Source: a virus
Length of the DNA stretch: 64,000 nt
IMG/VR virus record: IMGVR_UViG_3300020451_000152
Span: 10,263 to 74,262 of that record
Strand: one strand, 5' to 3'
The translations under genes and the position numbers were made by a program. How positions within the stretch are numbered: the first letter of the stretch is position 1; each line of letters starts with the position of its first letter. Below the pieces are notes generated by a model. The model did not search any database. It saw only the letters and a list, made by a program, of their open reading frames with translations, and was not told where the DNA came from. This document shows, piece by piece, positions 11,801-23,800 of this stretch.

Positions 11801-14800
11801 TTGAGCACCACTAGTCTCACCAGCAATAATAGTTCCTACAGGTAAATATCCAAAGAAGTCTCCTTGTGCAGCATTAGTTAATGCAGCAAGGTCAATATTG
11901 ATTGCAGTAGAACCTTGAGAATATGAATCAGGTAATGTCTCATCCCTGTTCAAAGGATTGGTTTCATAAGTTCTTGTTGGAGATGCAAATGGTCCTTCTT
12001 TATGATCTGGTCTGCAAAGTCTAAATCTATAAGTTTCTCCATTAACTAACGCTGTAATTGTTTCACCAACAGTGAAAGATCCTGTAACACCTTCTATTCC
12101 TATAACTTTAGGAATTACATCAACAGTGCTGATATCATCAAAGAATATAAAGTATCTTGCAAAAGGTCTTAGACCAGTACAATCATATTGAATATTTCTA
12201 GACCTAATAAATGGATCAAATGTTTCACTTGCGATGAATGTATTCTCAGAGCGAATATCATCTCTCTCAACACTAGATGACTCGTTGGTGCTTAGTGTCA
12301 TTTCATCGTCACCAAATCCACCATCAACATTTGTTAACGATAGTCTAGTATCATAAGAAGTTCTTCTAATAGTTTGAGTAAAGAGATTCTGTGTTCTTTC
12401 TGTATGAATCCAGTTATCACTAACAGGTGTAAGACTTAGATCACCGATAAACTTATGTACAAAGAATGGGTTTAGATTTTCAACTCTTGTAGCAAAGTTC
12501 TGCTGAACAAATAGATCATCCTCATAATCTAGTGTGATCATTCTACCAGTCTTTCTAGTATTAGAATCTAATAAATCAAAATCTTGTGATAAATCTAACT
12601 GTTCAGGTGGTAGATTAGTTGCAGGTAGCAACTGCATATCAATAGATTGTAAATCTCTAAGGGGTTTTAATTCTCCTCTTTCCTTATCAACATCAATAGG
12701 TGAAGATTCATCAACGAACATGGTTGATTTAAATGAATCTGCAAAGAAACCACTCTTAAATCTATCAAGTCCATCAGCATCTTTAACTTGTAAAGTAGCA
12801 ACTTTTTGTTCTAATAGAGATAGTGAAGTAACCTTTTCTAAGTTTTCTATTCTATCTTCAATCTTACCAATATCACGCATCGTATATCTACGATTGTCAA
12901 TCAAATAAACTCTAACATTTTCAATATCATAGAGATATGCTGGCATTACAATAGTTGCCAATGTCATACCTGTAGGACAATCTACTGGTGGTTTAGGATT
13001 AGCAGCAGGAGTTCCTTTTTCTACTATTAAAGCACCGCTTGTTTTTAATATTAATTTATCAATTCTACCCAAGTAATGTTTGAATCCAAATTCTGATGAT
13101 TCGTTAGGAGTTGCAATCCTTCTAGGAGCATCAGCAAATACTCTACTACCTTGATAGTAAGGAGAGAACGATGCTGAAGCAGGAGTAAAGACAGGAACTC
13201 TTGGTCTAAAATCTAGAGTGTCGCTAGATCTTGTTTGACCTTTACCAATTCTAGGAATATCATGACTAAACCTATCTGAATCATAACTGCTGACAGTAAA
13301 GAAATCTCCAGTATCTGTAGATGGAACTTCATACCTATCAAACACAACATATAATCTTTTAGATGGAATGTAACCATTATTAACTCTAACAATACTAGAG
13401 TAATCATAATATTGATCTTTTTGTCCTTTGTCTAAAAGATATAGATCTGTAAGATCTTTATATTTGCCAGGTACAAATGCTTGAAGTGTAGCAACAGCAT
13501 TTGACTCTTGGAAGTTTAAGGTTTCTAATAGATTGAATTTGTCTTCAGTTTTAAATACGACTTCTATTCTACTATTACCAGAGTCAATAGATACAACTCT
13601 TGCAACAGCGTTTGTATTAGCACCTATAATATCTTCACCAACAAGTGCTTCTGAGAATATACTATCAGTAGAAGTAAATACCAACCTATCTAAAACAGGA
13701 GCATTTTTATCTAATGATTCGTAGATAGAAATTACTTCATTGACATCAGGATAATTTAAACATATCTTTTGATCTTGTACTCTAGTACCATATAGTTGAC
13801 TATTAGTTAATCCATCATTTAAAGTTTGTCCAGCAGTTGTACCAGAACCTTCGTTATTTGAATATGTTACATCAATAGTTTCACTCTTTTGGAAGTTTTT
13901 AACTTTGTTCTTGATATTGCTCTTAGCAACAGTCACATTAACTTTAACATTGCTTTGAGAGAAAGTTAGACCATTGATAGTTAAAGTATTAGAAGTAATT
14001 ACTACTTGAGATGAATCAATCTGTGCAATAGTTTTGTTAGAATATTGTACTTGATATCTCTCTTGATCAAAGGCAACAAAAGTACAATCATCTATACCTA
14101 CTGATGCAATAGGTACTACAAGAACACCATTAGCATCAGTGGATTCTCCTGTTACTTGCTCAGATAAAAGAATTTCAGATCCAGTAAAATCAAGATCAGA
14201 AATATGTTTCTTTGGTAGAGGTAAAAATAAACCAGTGTTATCTTGAGAACCTAAATCCTGAACACCTATCCTAAATTGTCCTTCATAGGTACTACCAGGC
14301 AGTCCACCATCAAATAGGTTACTAACATCATTAATTGCCACAACGGTCATATCAGAACCATCTGTAGCAACTAGAGATACAACATTCTGTCTTACTAAAG
14401 CAGAACCCTGCAATTGATATCTAATAATATCACCAGGTTTAAATCTTTCAAAAGTTCTACCAGGACAACTTACTACACCACCAGTAGTAATTCTGACTGA
14501 ATCAGTAGGAGTAAATCCAAAAGGAACTTTATCAACTAATTTTTTATTGGCAGTGAATGAATTTCCAGACTGTGAAATCTTAGAGACATCATCAATATCA
14601 TAAGATTGAACTCTCTCAATAGTTCTACTAAGATTCTGTTTTCTACCATTAACAATTATTTGCTCACCTGCTTGGAAATTTCCAGATGTTTGAGTTACTG
14701 TTATTGAACTACTACCTGCACCACTAACAGCATACGCTGTAGCACCACTCTCATTACCTTCTATGAATGCAGAAACATTTACTTGATTTGCTGTTACATT

Positions 14801-16195
14801 ATCATTCAACTCCAATACAGTATATGTTTGAACATCAAATAAGAATAGATCAAAATCAGTAGATGCATTTTTATAACTATCATCTACTAAACCAAAGTTA
14901 TATACTTTTGCCTCTCCAATTTTTATTGAACCACTTGCACCATCTTGTCTTTCTAAATCAATAGTATTTCTAAATGTAGTAATACCAGCAACATTATTAA
15001 CTCTGATTTGATTTCCCATTCTAAAGGAAAATGTTTCTCTATTAAAATCAGATGTAGTTCTTGGTTTATCTACATCAATAGTTTGTCCTGCTGTAGTCCA
15101 TTCATAACCTTGAACATATGCTTTACCAGCAGATATTTTTACACACGCAAGATCATCATTGGGTGTATTACCTTCTTGAGTTACCTCATTATTATAGTAA
15201 ATTCCATCATTACCTTGTCTATCATTGAGACTATTTTTAACATCAATAAAGAATGGATTTAGTGTATAATCACCTGACTCATCAGAAGTCCTTTTAGCAA
15301 TGTAATCTCTAATTAAATTATAGTTTGTATCCTTATTAGTATGTGTTTCTACCTTACCTGCTCTGACCCTCATTATCTCAATGAAGTCAGTATCATTATA
15401 ATCAAATAAATTTTTCTTAGTTAACTTAAGTTCTATTTTAAGTCTATCAGCACCTGGTGCTGCAAAGTTAGAAAATCCTTTAGCATTATCATATAGATCA
15501 GGATCATCTTTTGCGTTAACAGCACTCTCTACTACCTGCAATCCAATCCTATAAAAAGGACCATTAGAATATTGTTCTAGTATAATTGTTTGTTGATTGA
15601 CCCTTACAAATGCCCCTCTTATAAAATAAACACCACTAGAAACACTCGCTGATGAACCAATAGTACAAGAGTCTAATGCAATTGTAGATGCAAATGTAGA
15701 ACCTGCATTTAAAGTTGTATTACCATATATGATTGGTTCTTCTAACAATAAAAGCTCTGAGTCTTGGAAGAATGAAAAATCTCCACTAGGACCACATTGC
15801 TGATACTTGACGAATAATGTAGGTACTCCTTCATTAGAATTACTAGAGGTTACATAGTCAACTACCTTTGCTGTAATCTGAGATGTTTCTCCTTTAATCC
15901 TTTTACCTATAAGTTGTTCTATATAAACTTCAACATCTGTTCCTAAATGTGTAGGATCTAATTTTACTGCAAAATATTGACCATCATAGGTAACACCACC
16001 AGGAACCACAACGGATCCCTCTTTAAACATATGACTACCAAACTGCTCAACCTGATTCTGCATGATAGACTGCAGAGTCGTAAGTTCACGAGCTTGAACA
16101 GGAAATCCTGGTTTGAACAGAACTCTATGGTAATTGTCGGTTCTGTCAAAGTCGTCGTAATAGGGACTTATATTCAGGTTAGTCTGTTGTGGCAT
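8864..16195 (-). CDS. VrlC-like / DUF4815 large virion structural protein
   Basis: N-terminus NLNISPYYDDFD...YHRVLFKPGFPVQARELTTLQS; internal NRRYTMRDIGKIEDRIENLE, DRFKSGFFADSF and DPLAQSF motifs. Follows gp8. Confidence 0.85.
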   Translation of the reverse strand: MPQQTNLNISPYYDDFDRTDNYHRVLFKPGFPVQARELTTLQSIMQNQVEQFGSHMFKEGSVVVPGGVTYDGQYFAVKLDPTHLGTDVEVYIEQLIGKRIKGETSQITAKVVDYVTSSNSNEGVPTLFVKYQQCGPSGDFSFFQDSELLLLEEPIIYGNTTLNAGSTFASTIALDSCTIGSSASVSSGVYFIRGAFVRVNQQTIILEQYSNGPFYRIGLQVVESAVNAKDDPDLYDNAKGFSNFAAPGADRLKIELKLTKKNLFDYNDTDFIEIMRVRAGKVETHTNKDTNYNLIRDYIAKRTSDESGDYTLNPFFIDVKNSLNDRQGNDGIYYNNEVTQEGNTPNDDLACVKISAGKAYVQGYEWTTAGQTIDVDKPRTTSDFNRETFSFRMGNQIRVNNVAGITTFRNTIDLERQDGASGSIKIGEAKVYNFGLVDDSYKNASTDFDLFLFDVQTYTVLELNDNVTANQVNVSAFIEGNESGATAYAVSGAGSSSITVTQTSGNFQAGEQIIVNGRKQNLSRTIERVQSYDIDDVSKISQSGNSFTANKKLVDKVPFGFTPTDSVRITTGGVVSCPGRTFERFKPGDIIRYQLQGSALVRQNVVSLVATDGSDMTVVAINDVSNLFDGGLPGSTYEGQFRIGVQDLGSQDNTGLFLPLPKKHISDLDFTGSEILLSEQVTGESTDANGVLVVPIASVGIDDCTFVAFDQERYQVQYSNKTIAQIDSSQVVITSNTLTINGLTFSQSNVKVNVTVAKSNIKNKVKNFQKSETIDVTYSNNEGSGTTAGQTLNDGLTNSQLYGTRVQDQKICLNYPDVNEVISIYESLDKNAPVLDRLVFTSTDSIFSEALVGEDIIGANTNAVARVVSIDSGNSRIEVVFKTEDKFNLLETLNFQESNAVATLQAFVPGKYKDLTDLYLLDKGQKDQYYDYSSIVRVNNGYIPSKRLYVVFDRYEVPSTDTGDFFTVSSYDSDRFSHDIPRIGKGQTRSSDTLDFRPRVPVFTPASASFSPYYQGSRVFADAPRRIATPNESSEFGFKHYLGRIDKLILKTSGALIVEKGTPAANPKPPVDCPTGMTLATIVMPAYLYDIENVRVYLIDNRRYTMRDIGKIEDRIENLEKVTSLSLLEQKVATLQVKDADGLDRFKSGFFADSFKSTMFVDESSPIDVDKERGELKPLRDLQSIDMQLLPATNLPPEQLDLSQDFDLLDSNTRKTGRMITLDYEDDLFVQQNFATRVENLNPFFVHKFIGDLSLTPVSDNWIHTERTQNLFTQTIRRTSYDTRLSLTNVDGGFGDDEMTLSTNESSSVERDDIRSENTFIASETFDPFIRSRNIQYDCTGLRPFARYFIFFDDISTVDVIPKVIGIEGVTGSFTVGETITALVNGETYRFRLCRPDHKEGPFASPTRTYETNPLNRDETLPDSYSQGSTAINIDLAALTNAAQGDFFGYLPVGTIIAGETSGAQATISDLDLRTDAWGDLYGAVWIRNPNSSPIPLARVRSGEREFRITSSNTNSTGLRGSSLISNASAIYTAVGTTRLIQTDVRVTTLETTTVQRDYGLTFINRRPPPPPPPPPPVIIENTTIIDNTVTEIVEVTNNVPVPVIVPVPNPVPVPVPVPVPVVESQDDDPLAQSFVVDEHGAYVTAVDVFFATKDNDPTRAPFAQIRAMELGIPKGEILTPDAHVSIDPANIEVSTDASVATRFTFPAPIWLEPAKPYALVVGAPANGYEIFTAEMGQTAINAQSLPNASGRVYSNQFLVGSLYKSQNGREWTPCQFEDMTFKIYRAKFSSTDGVVTFQNPPIRPNNGVLNALNKNPIEALPKKAAVGFTTTTNAGLIGTVFTQGRKVGDSTASYRYGFIEDAGGPATGVVGITTNGSNYGTPIAQVRTFNITGEGTGLKLGVTVGAGNSTITAATIAVAGNGYKVGDMVGVVTADMSGSGSGVRIGINSIAGLDTLYLTGIQAEEFTAGGDLTYFHEAGTVVDSGTDVYRYDATGSVYTGEYARVSYFNHGMYGIGNKVAISGVEPNTLPSTLSTLVNSTTTNISIGDSTGFDVFEGVLVSAANTAYALINNEIISYTSVGINTLGGIVRGINNTQSINHASGSIIKKYEFGGVSLTKINTEHDVESQEKNMDDLLIKVDREGRSVDISGISVPQLSFSEEVFGGGIAAHASKNIQYDTITPLYDITTPGASDSATVNIRTVSGTSVDGSETSFTDLGFIPVGLNEETKLDTTRIVASEVNELSKLTGLFRNKSLTTRIAMSNGGNFWSSPMLCLDTAKMLFSSNRLNKPIADYSIDPRANVIYGDLHTSYYMSKIIKIKQPATSLKVIFDAFRPASVDFRVMYSLIRGDSSEVDQSFDLFPGYFNLVDTDGDGFGDKVRLTLPGPDGNPDKFINPESRWNEYQYTANDLAPFTGFIIKVVMNGTNQAEIPIIKNVRALALA

Positions 16196-16198
16196 TTT

Positions 16199-17770
16199 TT
16201 AGAACTCTAATACGATCTTGATGTCTTCTTTTTGACGAACATTTCTTGTAATAGCAGGTCTATTATCAAGGTAGATGATCTCTCCACTTCTTTTATTTAT
16301 CTCAGCATTTGCAACACCGTTCGTGAATTGCACACCGAGATCAACAACCTTACCAGAAGGTGTTGTTGTAGATATACCACTAAAGGTTTGATCTACATTG
16401 ACACTGAATGAAGTACTAGTAACAGCGTCAGCAGTTGATTGGAATTCCAATACTGGTGCTTGACCAGCAACATTAACACTATCCGTATTATCAAAGGTAG
16501 ATTGGTTGAACACCAAACTTTGATCTTGGAAGTATTTAATCACCTTAGTATCAATATCATATGATGCAACATAACCTCTAGCAGTTCCAACGCCAGAAAT
16601 ATTTTGTGTAATTGCTGTGCCAACTCCTAATACCTGTGAAACATCTCCTGTAAACTTAAATGCTTTTAGAGCAGAGAATTCAGAAGTTTGTAAGAAGTTT
16701 GTACCAGCAGCACCAATAGCAGTTGGATTTCTAATCAATCCAACCTGTGCAAATATAGTATCACTTGCAAAATCATATGATGAAGCATCAAACCTAGTAT
16801 AAATCAGAACTTTATCAGTTCCTAATTCCTTATAAAGATCAAATCCATGACCCTTAGAAGGAGGAATAATAGGTGTTAATCTAGAAAACTTTGTGGCACT
16901 ACCATTAATAGAAGAAAGGTCAACTCTTCCATAACTATAACCTTTACCACCATTAGTTACTTGAGCAGAAATAACTTGACCATTTGTATTAGTCAAGATT
17001 CTAACTTTTCCTCCAGAACCATCACCAATAATATCAACTTCGATAGGACTAGATAAGAAACTATATCCAGTACCAGTTTCATCAATTGATACGACCTTAA
17101 TTTGATTGTTGTTAGTATCAGAATCACCATTGTCTCTAACAACTGAAATATCGTTATTAGTTGATGTGCTCCATTCATTAGGAACAGCAATATATTCCGT
17201 AGAGTCAAATTTGACGATATCTGCAGGAGGAACCGTGAACAAATATTTCCAAAGATAACCGTCACCACTAACACCAGCAGCAGATGGTTCTAGATCAGTG
17301 AATGTGGGTTCATCAAGAGATGCACTTGCAAGACTTGATATACCAGCAGATCCATTATTGATACAAATATAGATTCTATAGTCCCTATTCATCACATAGT
17401 AGTTTGACGAATAAAGTCTACTAGAGTTAGAAACTAGCGATCTGTTATTTGTATTATAATCATGTCGATACATGTCATAGGATGTACCCTTTGTCCATGT
17501 AATCTTTTTGACTAATCTTCTAACATCACCAGGAAAAACTTTACGACCAAAAAGCATAGTATCATACACATGGTTATTGTATTGAATACTATCCGTAGGT
17601 GATGGTGGTTGTAAAGTTGTACTATTCCATGTATCAGTCCGACCAAATCCAGCATATGTTGGGTTTGCTAGTCCTAAAAATGCATAGTAAGAATTATTTC
17701 CTGCCGTAACATCTTCCATGAAGTTATTGGCATTTATAATTCTAAATTGGTCGGTTATAATTGCTGCCAT
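16199..17770 (-). CDS. gp8: Baseplate wedge subunit gp8
   Basis: MAAIITDQFRI, W..GT.YDMYRHDY, YYVMN..Y.IYICI.N, GDGYLWKYLF, GHG.D...ELG, C-terminal QKEDIKIVLEF. Confidence 0.9.
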   Translation of the reverse strand: MAAIITDQFRIINANNFMEDVTAGNNSYYAFLGLANPTYAGFGRTDTWNSTTLQPPSPTDSIQYNNHVYDTMLFGRKVFPGDVRRLVKKITWTKGTSYDMYRHDYNTNNRSLVSNSSRLYSSNYYVMNRDYRIYICINNGSAGISSLASASLDEPTFTDLEPSAAGVSGDGYLWKYLFTVPPADIVKFDSTEYIAVPNEWSTSTNNDISVVRDNGDSDTNNNQIKVVSIDETGTGYSFLSSPIEVDIIGDGSGGKVRILTNTNGQVISAQVTNGGKGYSYGRVDLSSINGSATKFSRLTPIIPPSKGHGFDLYKELGTDKVLIYTRFDASSYDFASDTIFAQVGLIRNPTAIGAAGTNFLQTSEFSALKAFKFTGDVSQVLGVGTAITQNISGVGTARGYVASYDIDTKVIKYFQDQSLVFNQSTFDNTDSVNVAGQAPVLEFQSTADAVTSTSFSVNVDQTFSGISTTTPSGKVVDLGVQFTNGVANAEINKRSGEIIYLDNRPAITRNVRQKEDIKIVLEF

Positions 17771-17803
17771 TGCAATTTTTCTCTAAAGGTCTTACTATTT
17801 TGG

Positions 17804-17811
17804 TATTTATA
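17804..17811 (-). promoter_or_regulatory. T4-type late promoter TATAAATA upstream of gp8
   Basis: Exact consensus overlapping the gp7 stop. Related (C/A)TAAATA sites at 8523-8529, 35479-35485, 58710-58716 and 63993-63999 also precede gene starts. Confidence 0.75.
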
Positions 17812-20800
17812 ATGTTTTTCCAAGTGCTCCTGTATTACGAAGACCAGTATTGGTTCTCTTTACAACAGGATAGTTATCTAAATCAGGGTTATAATCTAAT
17901 CCCTTAACAGTTAGGGCAAGTGGGTATCCTACATTTCTAGTAGCACTAGAGAAGCGACCCCATGTAAATCTAGCAGCAGGGAAGGCAGTTGATCCAACAC
18001 CAACTAATCCTGTAACATCAGTACCAGAGTGGATATTACAAGTTATAACACCTGTTCTAGCACTTCCGTCCCAATGCAATCCATGTGCATAGTATATATT
18101 GTCAAGTTCAAAGGTACTAATACCAATTGAATCAGAATCATGAGAGTCAACACTGGTTATCACACCAGCAGCAGGATTGATACCAGATGCAAATAATTTG
18201 AATGGATATCCTTCTTGGAACTGCTGAACATACGCTGCATTTTGAGAGTTGACCAAAGCATTCATATCTAACTGGAATACTAGACCTAAATCAGTACCAA
18301 TACCAGCAGATGTTGTAATACCAGTAACAACACCAGTATAACCTTGAACATCTGTGTTCAATGGATCAATATCATTCCAAACTTCCCAGTTAACACCTGC
18401 TGTTGCTGTTGTTCCAATACCAACACCAAATACATAGAGTCCAAAATCACCAGTTAACTGACCATCAAGGTCTCTAAATCTTTCTACATGATCAACAAAT
18501 AATTCTGTTGCAGTAGCAGCATAACCAGAAAGAACATTGGCAGTAGGAACAATCTGTGCTTCTAAAGTATCTCTTGCTTTAGAAACTAGAGCACCACCAA
18601 ATATTTTATCTTCTTTTTGTTTATTCCATCTGAATGGTTTAAAGTTATCAGGGTTAACACCTGAACCTTGATAGAATGGAGTTTCTAAAACTGATGCACT
18701 TGTGATGTTAACGGCAATTCTTTCTTCTTGTTGTGCAAAGTTGGATGCATCAACAGCAACTCTATTCAATTCAAGTTCCTCACTCTTGAATAATTCTAGT
18801 GAGTCACCTATCTTAATAACTTCATTTACATCAAATAGTACACTATCATTACCTACTGTTCCTCTGTAGAAGAATATAAAGACATCATCCTCAACTGTAG
18901 GTGCAGTCTCAAAACTTACCGATGTACCACCATTGAAGGTATAGTGTACATTGGGTTCTTGAAGGATACCATTCACAAAAATCATAAGAACTGGTGCTAG
19001 ATCAATTTCTCTAGAATCAGGATCATTATTATCAATCTCAAAACTAACTAGTTGATCTTGATAGTAAAGAGGATATCTTAGTCTATCTCCATCTTGGAAA
19101 GGTTTGATATTATCAATGTAATCAATATTACCAAACTGCCACGCAGATATATCATCATTAAAGATATCAATAACTTCAATTTCAAATGGTTCAAAAAGAT
19201 CTCCTGCCTTTGGATCTGTAGATAGACCTGCTAACTCAAACTTATCACCTTTCTTAAATCCATAACCAAACTTAGTCATCTTCCAGATGTAAACTTGATT
19301 CAAGGAGAATTCTGGACTTGTTGACATACCAACATAGGTAGTTGATACACCAATAATATCTACTGTAATAGAAGCACCAACACCAGTAAGGGTAGTGCTA
19401 CCAATACCTTCTCTATATTTTCCAATAATGCTAAGATCGCTTCCATTAGGATCTCCAACATCTAAAGATGCCGTATCACTGTAATTTGTTCCACCAGAAC
19501 CAATATGATAAATTAATGTTCCACCAATACCAATAGTTGCAGTTATTGAAGCGTCAGTTCCAATACCACCATAATCATGTGTACATACTTCTAATTCTCC
19601 CATTAACTGATTATATCCAGAACCAAATGTTAGGTTATACCAAGGAGCAGCAGTACCACCAGTCACATAGTAGTGAGGTATAGTACTAACTCCAGCATTG
19701 ACTCTAAATGTCTTAGTAGAAACAATTCCTGTAATATCTAATTCTTCATCGTAATCTGGGAATATATTGGTTGTAATACCAATTCTAACTTCACCACCAC
19801 TTACATATTGATGTGCAACAGTCGATATACCAACACTAGTAGTAAACTTAGTAGAGTTGGTAACATTTCTAACTGTATAGAAATAACCTTGTACACCGCT
19901 AGGATAAGTTTTAGCACCATACACACAAGTTACTCCAATTCCACTCAACTTAAAGTTTGATGGATTTACTAATCCATGATTCTCAGCAGTAATTTGTAAG
20001 ACTCCTGATGTAGGATTGTACACTGCGTTTGTTGGAGTCAGAGCAGCACCAGACCAAGAATCAATGTAAATTGTACTTGATGCAGCACTGACAAATGTGT
20101 GAGCATAATTACCACCACGAACAACTGCTCCAGTTAAAGCACTTTGGAAACTATGGGCGTATCCACCACCAGTTATAACAGCGTTACTTGCTTCGTGTCC
20201 TGCCATAATATCATAACGATGCTCACTAGTATCAGTTGAAACACCAACTTGTAAAGTAACATATCCAGTCTGCTTTTTAATACCACCAGTAGTAGCACTA
20301 GAGAATATATGCTCGTATTGATCATTAGGTCCAGACTTTCCAACATCTACTGCAAATGTATCAACAGTAGTGCTTGCAATAGATACCCACTTAGCATGAA
20401 CTGGATCTGATACACGAGGATATGCATGAGCGATTCTATATCCATCTCTACTACACTTAAGTGATATTGCTCCAGTATCAAACTTAACTCTATCACTATT
20501 CATAAATCCATGACCAGCAACAGTAACTGTCATGATACCTACATTAGGATCATACACTGCATTAGTTGCTGTATGAGAAGTTGATCCAACAGAATGAATA
20601 CCAATAGGAGCATCAAACGCCTGATCTCTCTTCTGATCCATACTACCAACACCTGCTGCTTGGAAGGTATGAGTGTAAGGACCACCACCAACAATTTGTG
20701 ATCTTGTAATACCACTTGCTATACCAGAAGAGAATATATGATCTGATTTGTCAGGAGATACTCCAATATTTACTCTAAATGTATTTGTAGTAACATGTGA

Positions 20801-23800
20801 TACCTGTGTCCACTTACCACTATAAGGATCAGTCTCTCTAGGATATGCATGTGTTGTGCAGTAGTTATCTTTAGCACAAGTAAATGTAACCGAACCAGTC
20901 TCAAATCTAACCCAATCACCGTTACTTAGATTGTGATTAGCAGATGTAACAGTCATGATACCTACAGTACCATCATACTGTGTACCAGTCTCAGCAGTTA
21001 ATCCTGTATTTGGAACAAAGTGATGTGTAGAAATATTTGTAGAAGGTTGTGATGCTAAAACTTGGAATGAAATACTATCAGCAGTTGTTGAAGCAATTGA
21101 AACTGCAGTATTGTAACCAACAGTGTCAGTTGATCTTGGATAGTAATGTAGACTTTGATAAGTATCAAGACCACATCTAAATGCAAATGATTCAGGAGAT
21201 AATCTTATACTTACTCCAGTCATGAAGTTATGATCACCAATTGTCGCAGTTACTATACCAGCAGTAGGATCGTAGATAGCACTAGAAATACTAAATGGTT
21301 CTGCAGTAGACTTACCAACATCAACTGAGAAACTAGTTGTTGTAATGCCTGTTATAGGTAACCACTTACCACTGACAGGATCAGATGCTCTTGGATATGT
21401 CTTAGTTGATGTACCTCCATCCATATCACACTTAAATGATATTGAATCATTATCAAACTTGATCCAATCACCATCACCAAGTAATCTACCGCCAGGTACA
21501 ACTGTTACTGTCATGATACCTGCATTGGCATCATAAGTTGCACCATTGACAGTTTGCGTATCAATAATATTTCTAGGATAGGTGTGAGTTGATATGTAAC
21601 TATCTGTATTACATCTAAAGATCAAACCACCTTCTTTCAGTTTAATATTTGTGCCAGTTGCTAATCCATGCTGACCAATATTAAGATCAAGGAATCCAGT
21701 AGTAGGTGTATAAGTTGCAGTAGTAATACTGTAGTTAACAATAGGAGATGTTCCTACAGTTATAGCAATACCAGTAGCAGTAGTAGAAGCAACAGATATT
21801 GCAGTGTCAAATACAGGATCAGTAATTCTAGGGTAAGATTTAGTCTGACTATTACCATCCATATCACACTTGAAGAAGAGTGAATTATCTTTAATCTTGA
21901 TGCTAGTACCAGCAACAATATTATGATTAGGAATAGTCATTGTCATGATGCCAGCATTAGCATCATAGATTGCATTGGTAGGAGTAAATCCTACATTTGT
22001 TGTGATACCTACAAACACATCAAAAGTATCTGTAGTAACATTCCTTACCTCAAGGAACTTATTATCCGCAGGATCACCTGCTCTTGGATAAGTGTGATTT
22101 GTATATTGACCATCCATCTCACATGTAAATGTAAGACCGTCTGTAGTAATAGCAACTTGACTAGGATCAGTAAATCCATGTGCAGCATCTGTTATGATTG
22201 TAGCAATACCACTAATATGATCATATACGAATGATGTTATACCAAGAGTATTACCATATCCAGTACATGCAAATTCAAGTCCTTCTAACTTGACAGGATC
22301 ACCAATTAAGAAACCATGATCACAGTCTGTACTTATTTCAATAATACCATTAATATTATTGTATGTGGCAGTACTAATACCAATTTTATGTCCTGATGTA
22401 GGGACACCTACAATATCAATAATATTACCTGCAGAGTTTATAACAGGTCTTACTTTCGCACCTACAAATGGAGCATATCCTCTACCTGGCGTAGATGCCA
22501 CAGAAATTATAATACCACCCCTAGGCAATTGATTTTCGTTAATATCCCCTATGTCTATAATTGGATCCGTGAATCCAAAGGAACTAATACCAGTAAACTG
22601 CACACTAGCAATTCCAGCATTTTCAATTATCTTAAAGTTTGCATTAACATTATTTTCACTAAATGGTGCTTGGAAGATATTATTGATGAACAATACACCA
22701 TTACCACCAGTAGTACCAATACCAGTTACGGCAGCACCAATAGAGGTAAGTGGATAAGTTGTTTCTAACCCATCAAAACTTTCAGATAGATCATCAAACA
22801 GTTGGTTCTTACTATAGTCATTTCTTAAGAATGTTCTACCACCAAATGTTGCTCTAGCAAAAGGTAGATTATTAGGATTCAAAATACCAGTGTCACCACC
22901 AAGAGGTGCTTGAGTAAAATGAACCTGACTGTCTAGAATCTGGAATGATCCTCTAAAGAGTCTTACTGTCTCTCCAGCAGCGTGTGGAGTAGCAGCAGTA
23001 CCAACTGCTCCTCTTTCCACTTCAACGAGTGTCCAAGTACCAATACCAACAGCAGGACCAATAGTAGTTGTACCAAATCCAACAGTTTTTACTATGGAAT
23101 ATTCATCTTCAATCTTAAGAAGATCACCAGATGTAATAGATGAAATACCACTCAATACAAATGCAGTTACAAAACCAGCAACAGGGACATCCAATTCATA
23201 ACTTATAGATGTATATGATATTGGTTTTTGTACAAGACCACTTAGAGATAACATAGATTTAGAATCTCTCTTTCTCATAGAGATTCTATGCTGGTTACCT
23301 GCACCAGAATCAGGAACAAAGGTTACTGCAAATCCTGCTCTAGCATCACTTTCTGATAATGCTAATCTAAACTGTCTGTTATTATCTTTGATACAGTAAA
23401 CTGTTTCAGGAAGACGAGCAGTACCAACACCTGTATAGTATACAAGACCAGTTCCAGCAATACCAATAAGGTTAGAATCTGCCTTATAACTTAATTGCTC
23501 AAAGTTCATAAAGAAATGTTCTTGCTCAAATCTACCAAATCCGTAGTTGATCTGAGAAGGATCAGAAATATTTGTCTCACGAGCATAAACTGGTACGCCT
23601 TTATATGTAAGATCAAATGATTTAATATCTCTATTGTTAATACCTAAGTATGTGTTTTGTGAAACAGATTCATATACTTGACCATAATTTAATTCTCCAA
23701 CACCATCTAATGTACCATTAGGATCTTTCTCTTTATAAAGAATTTCATTATACGCTGTAATACTAACGATACCAGAAACAGAAGGATGGAACTCTAGGTT

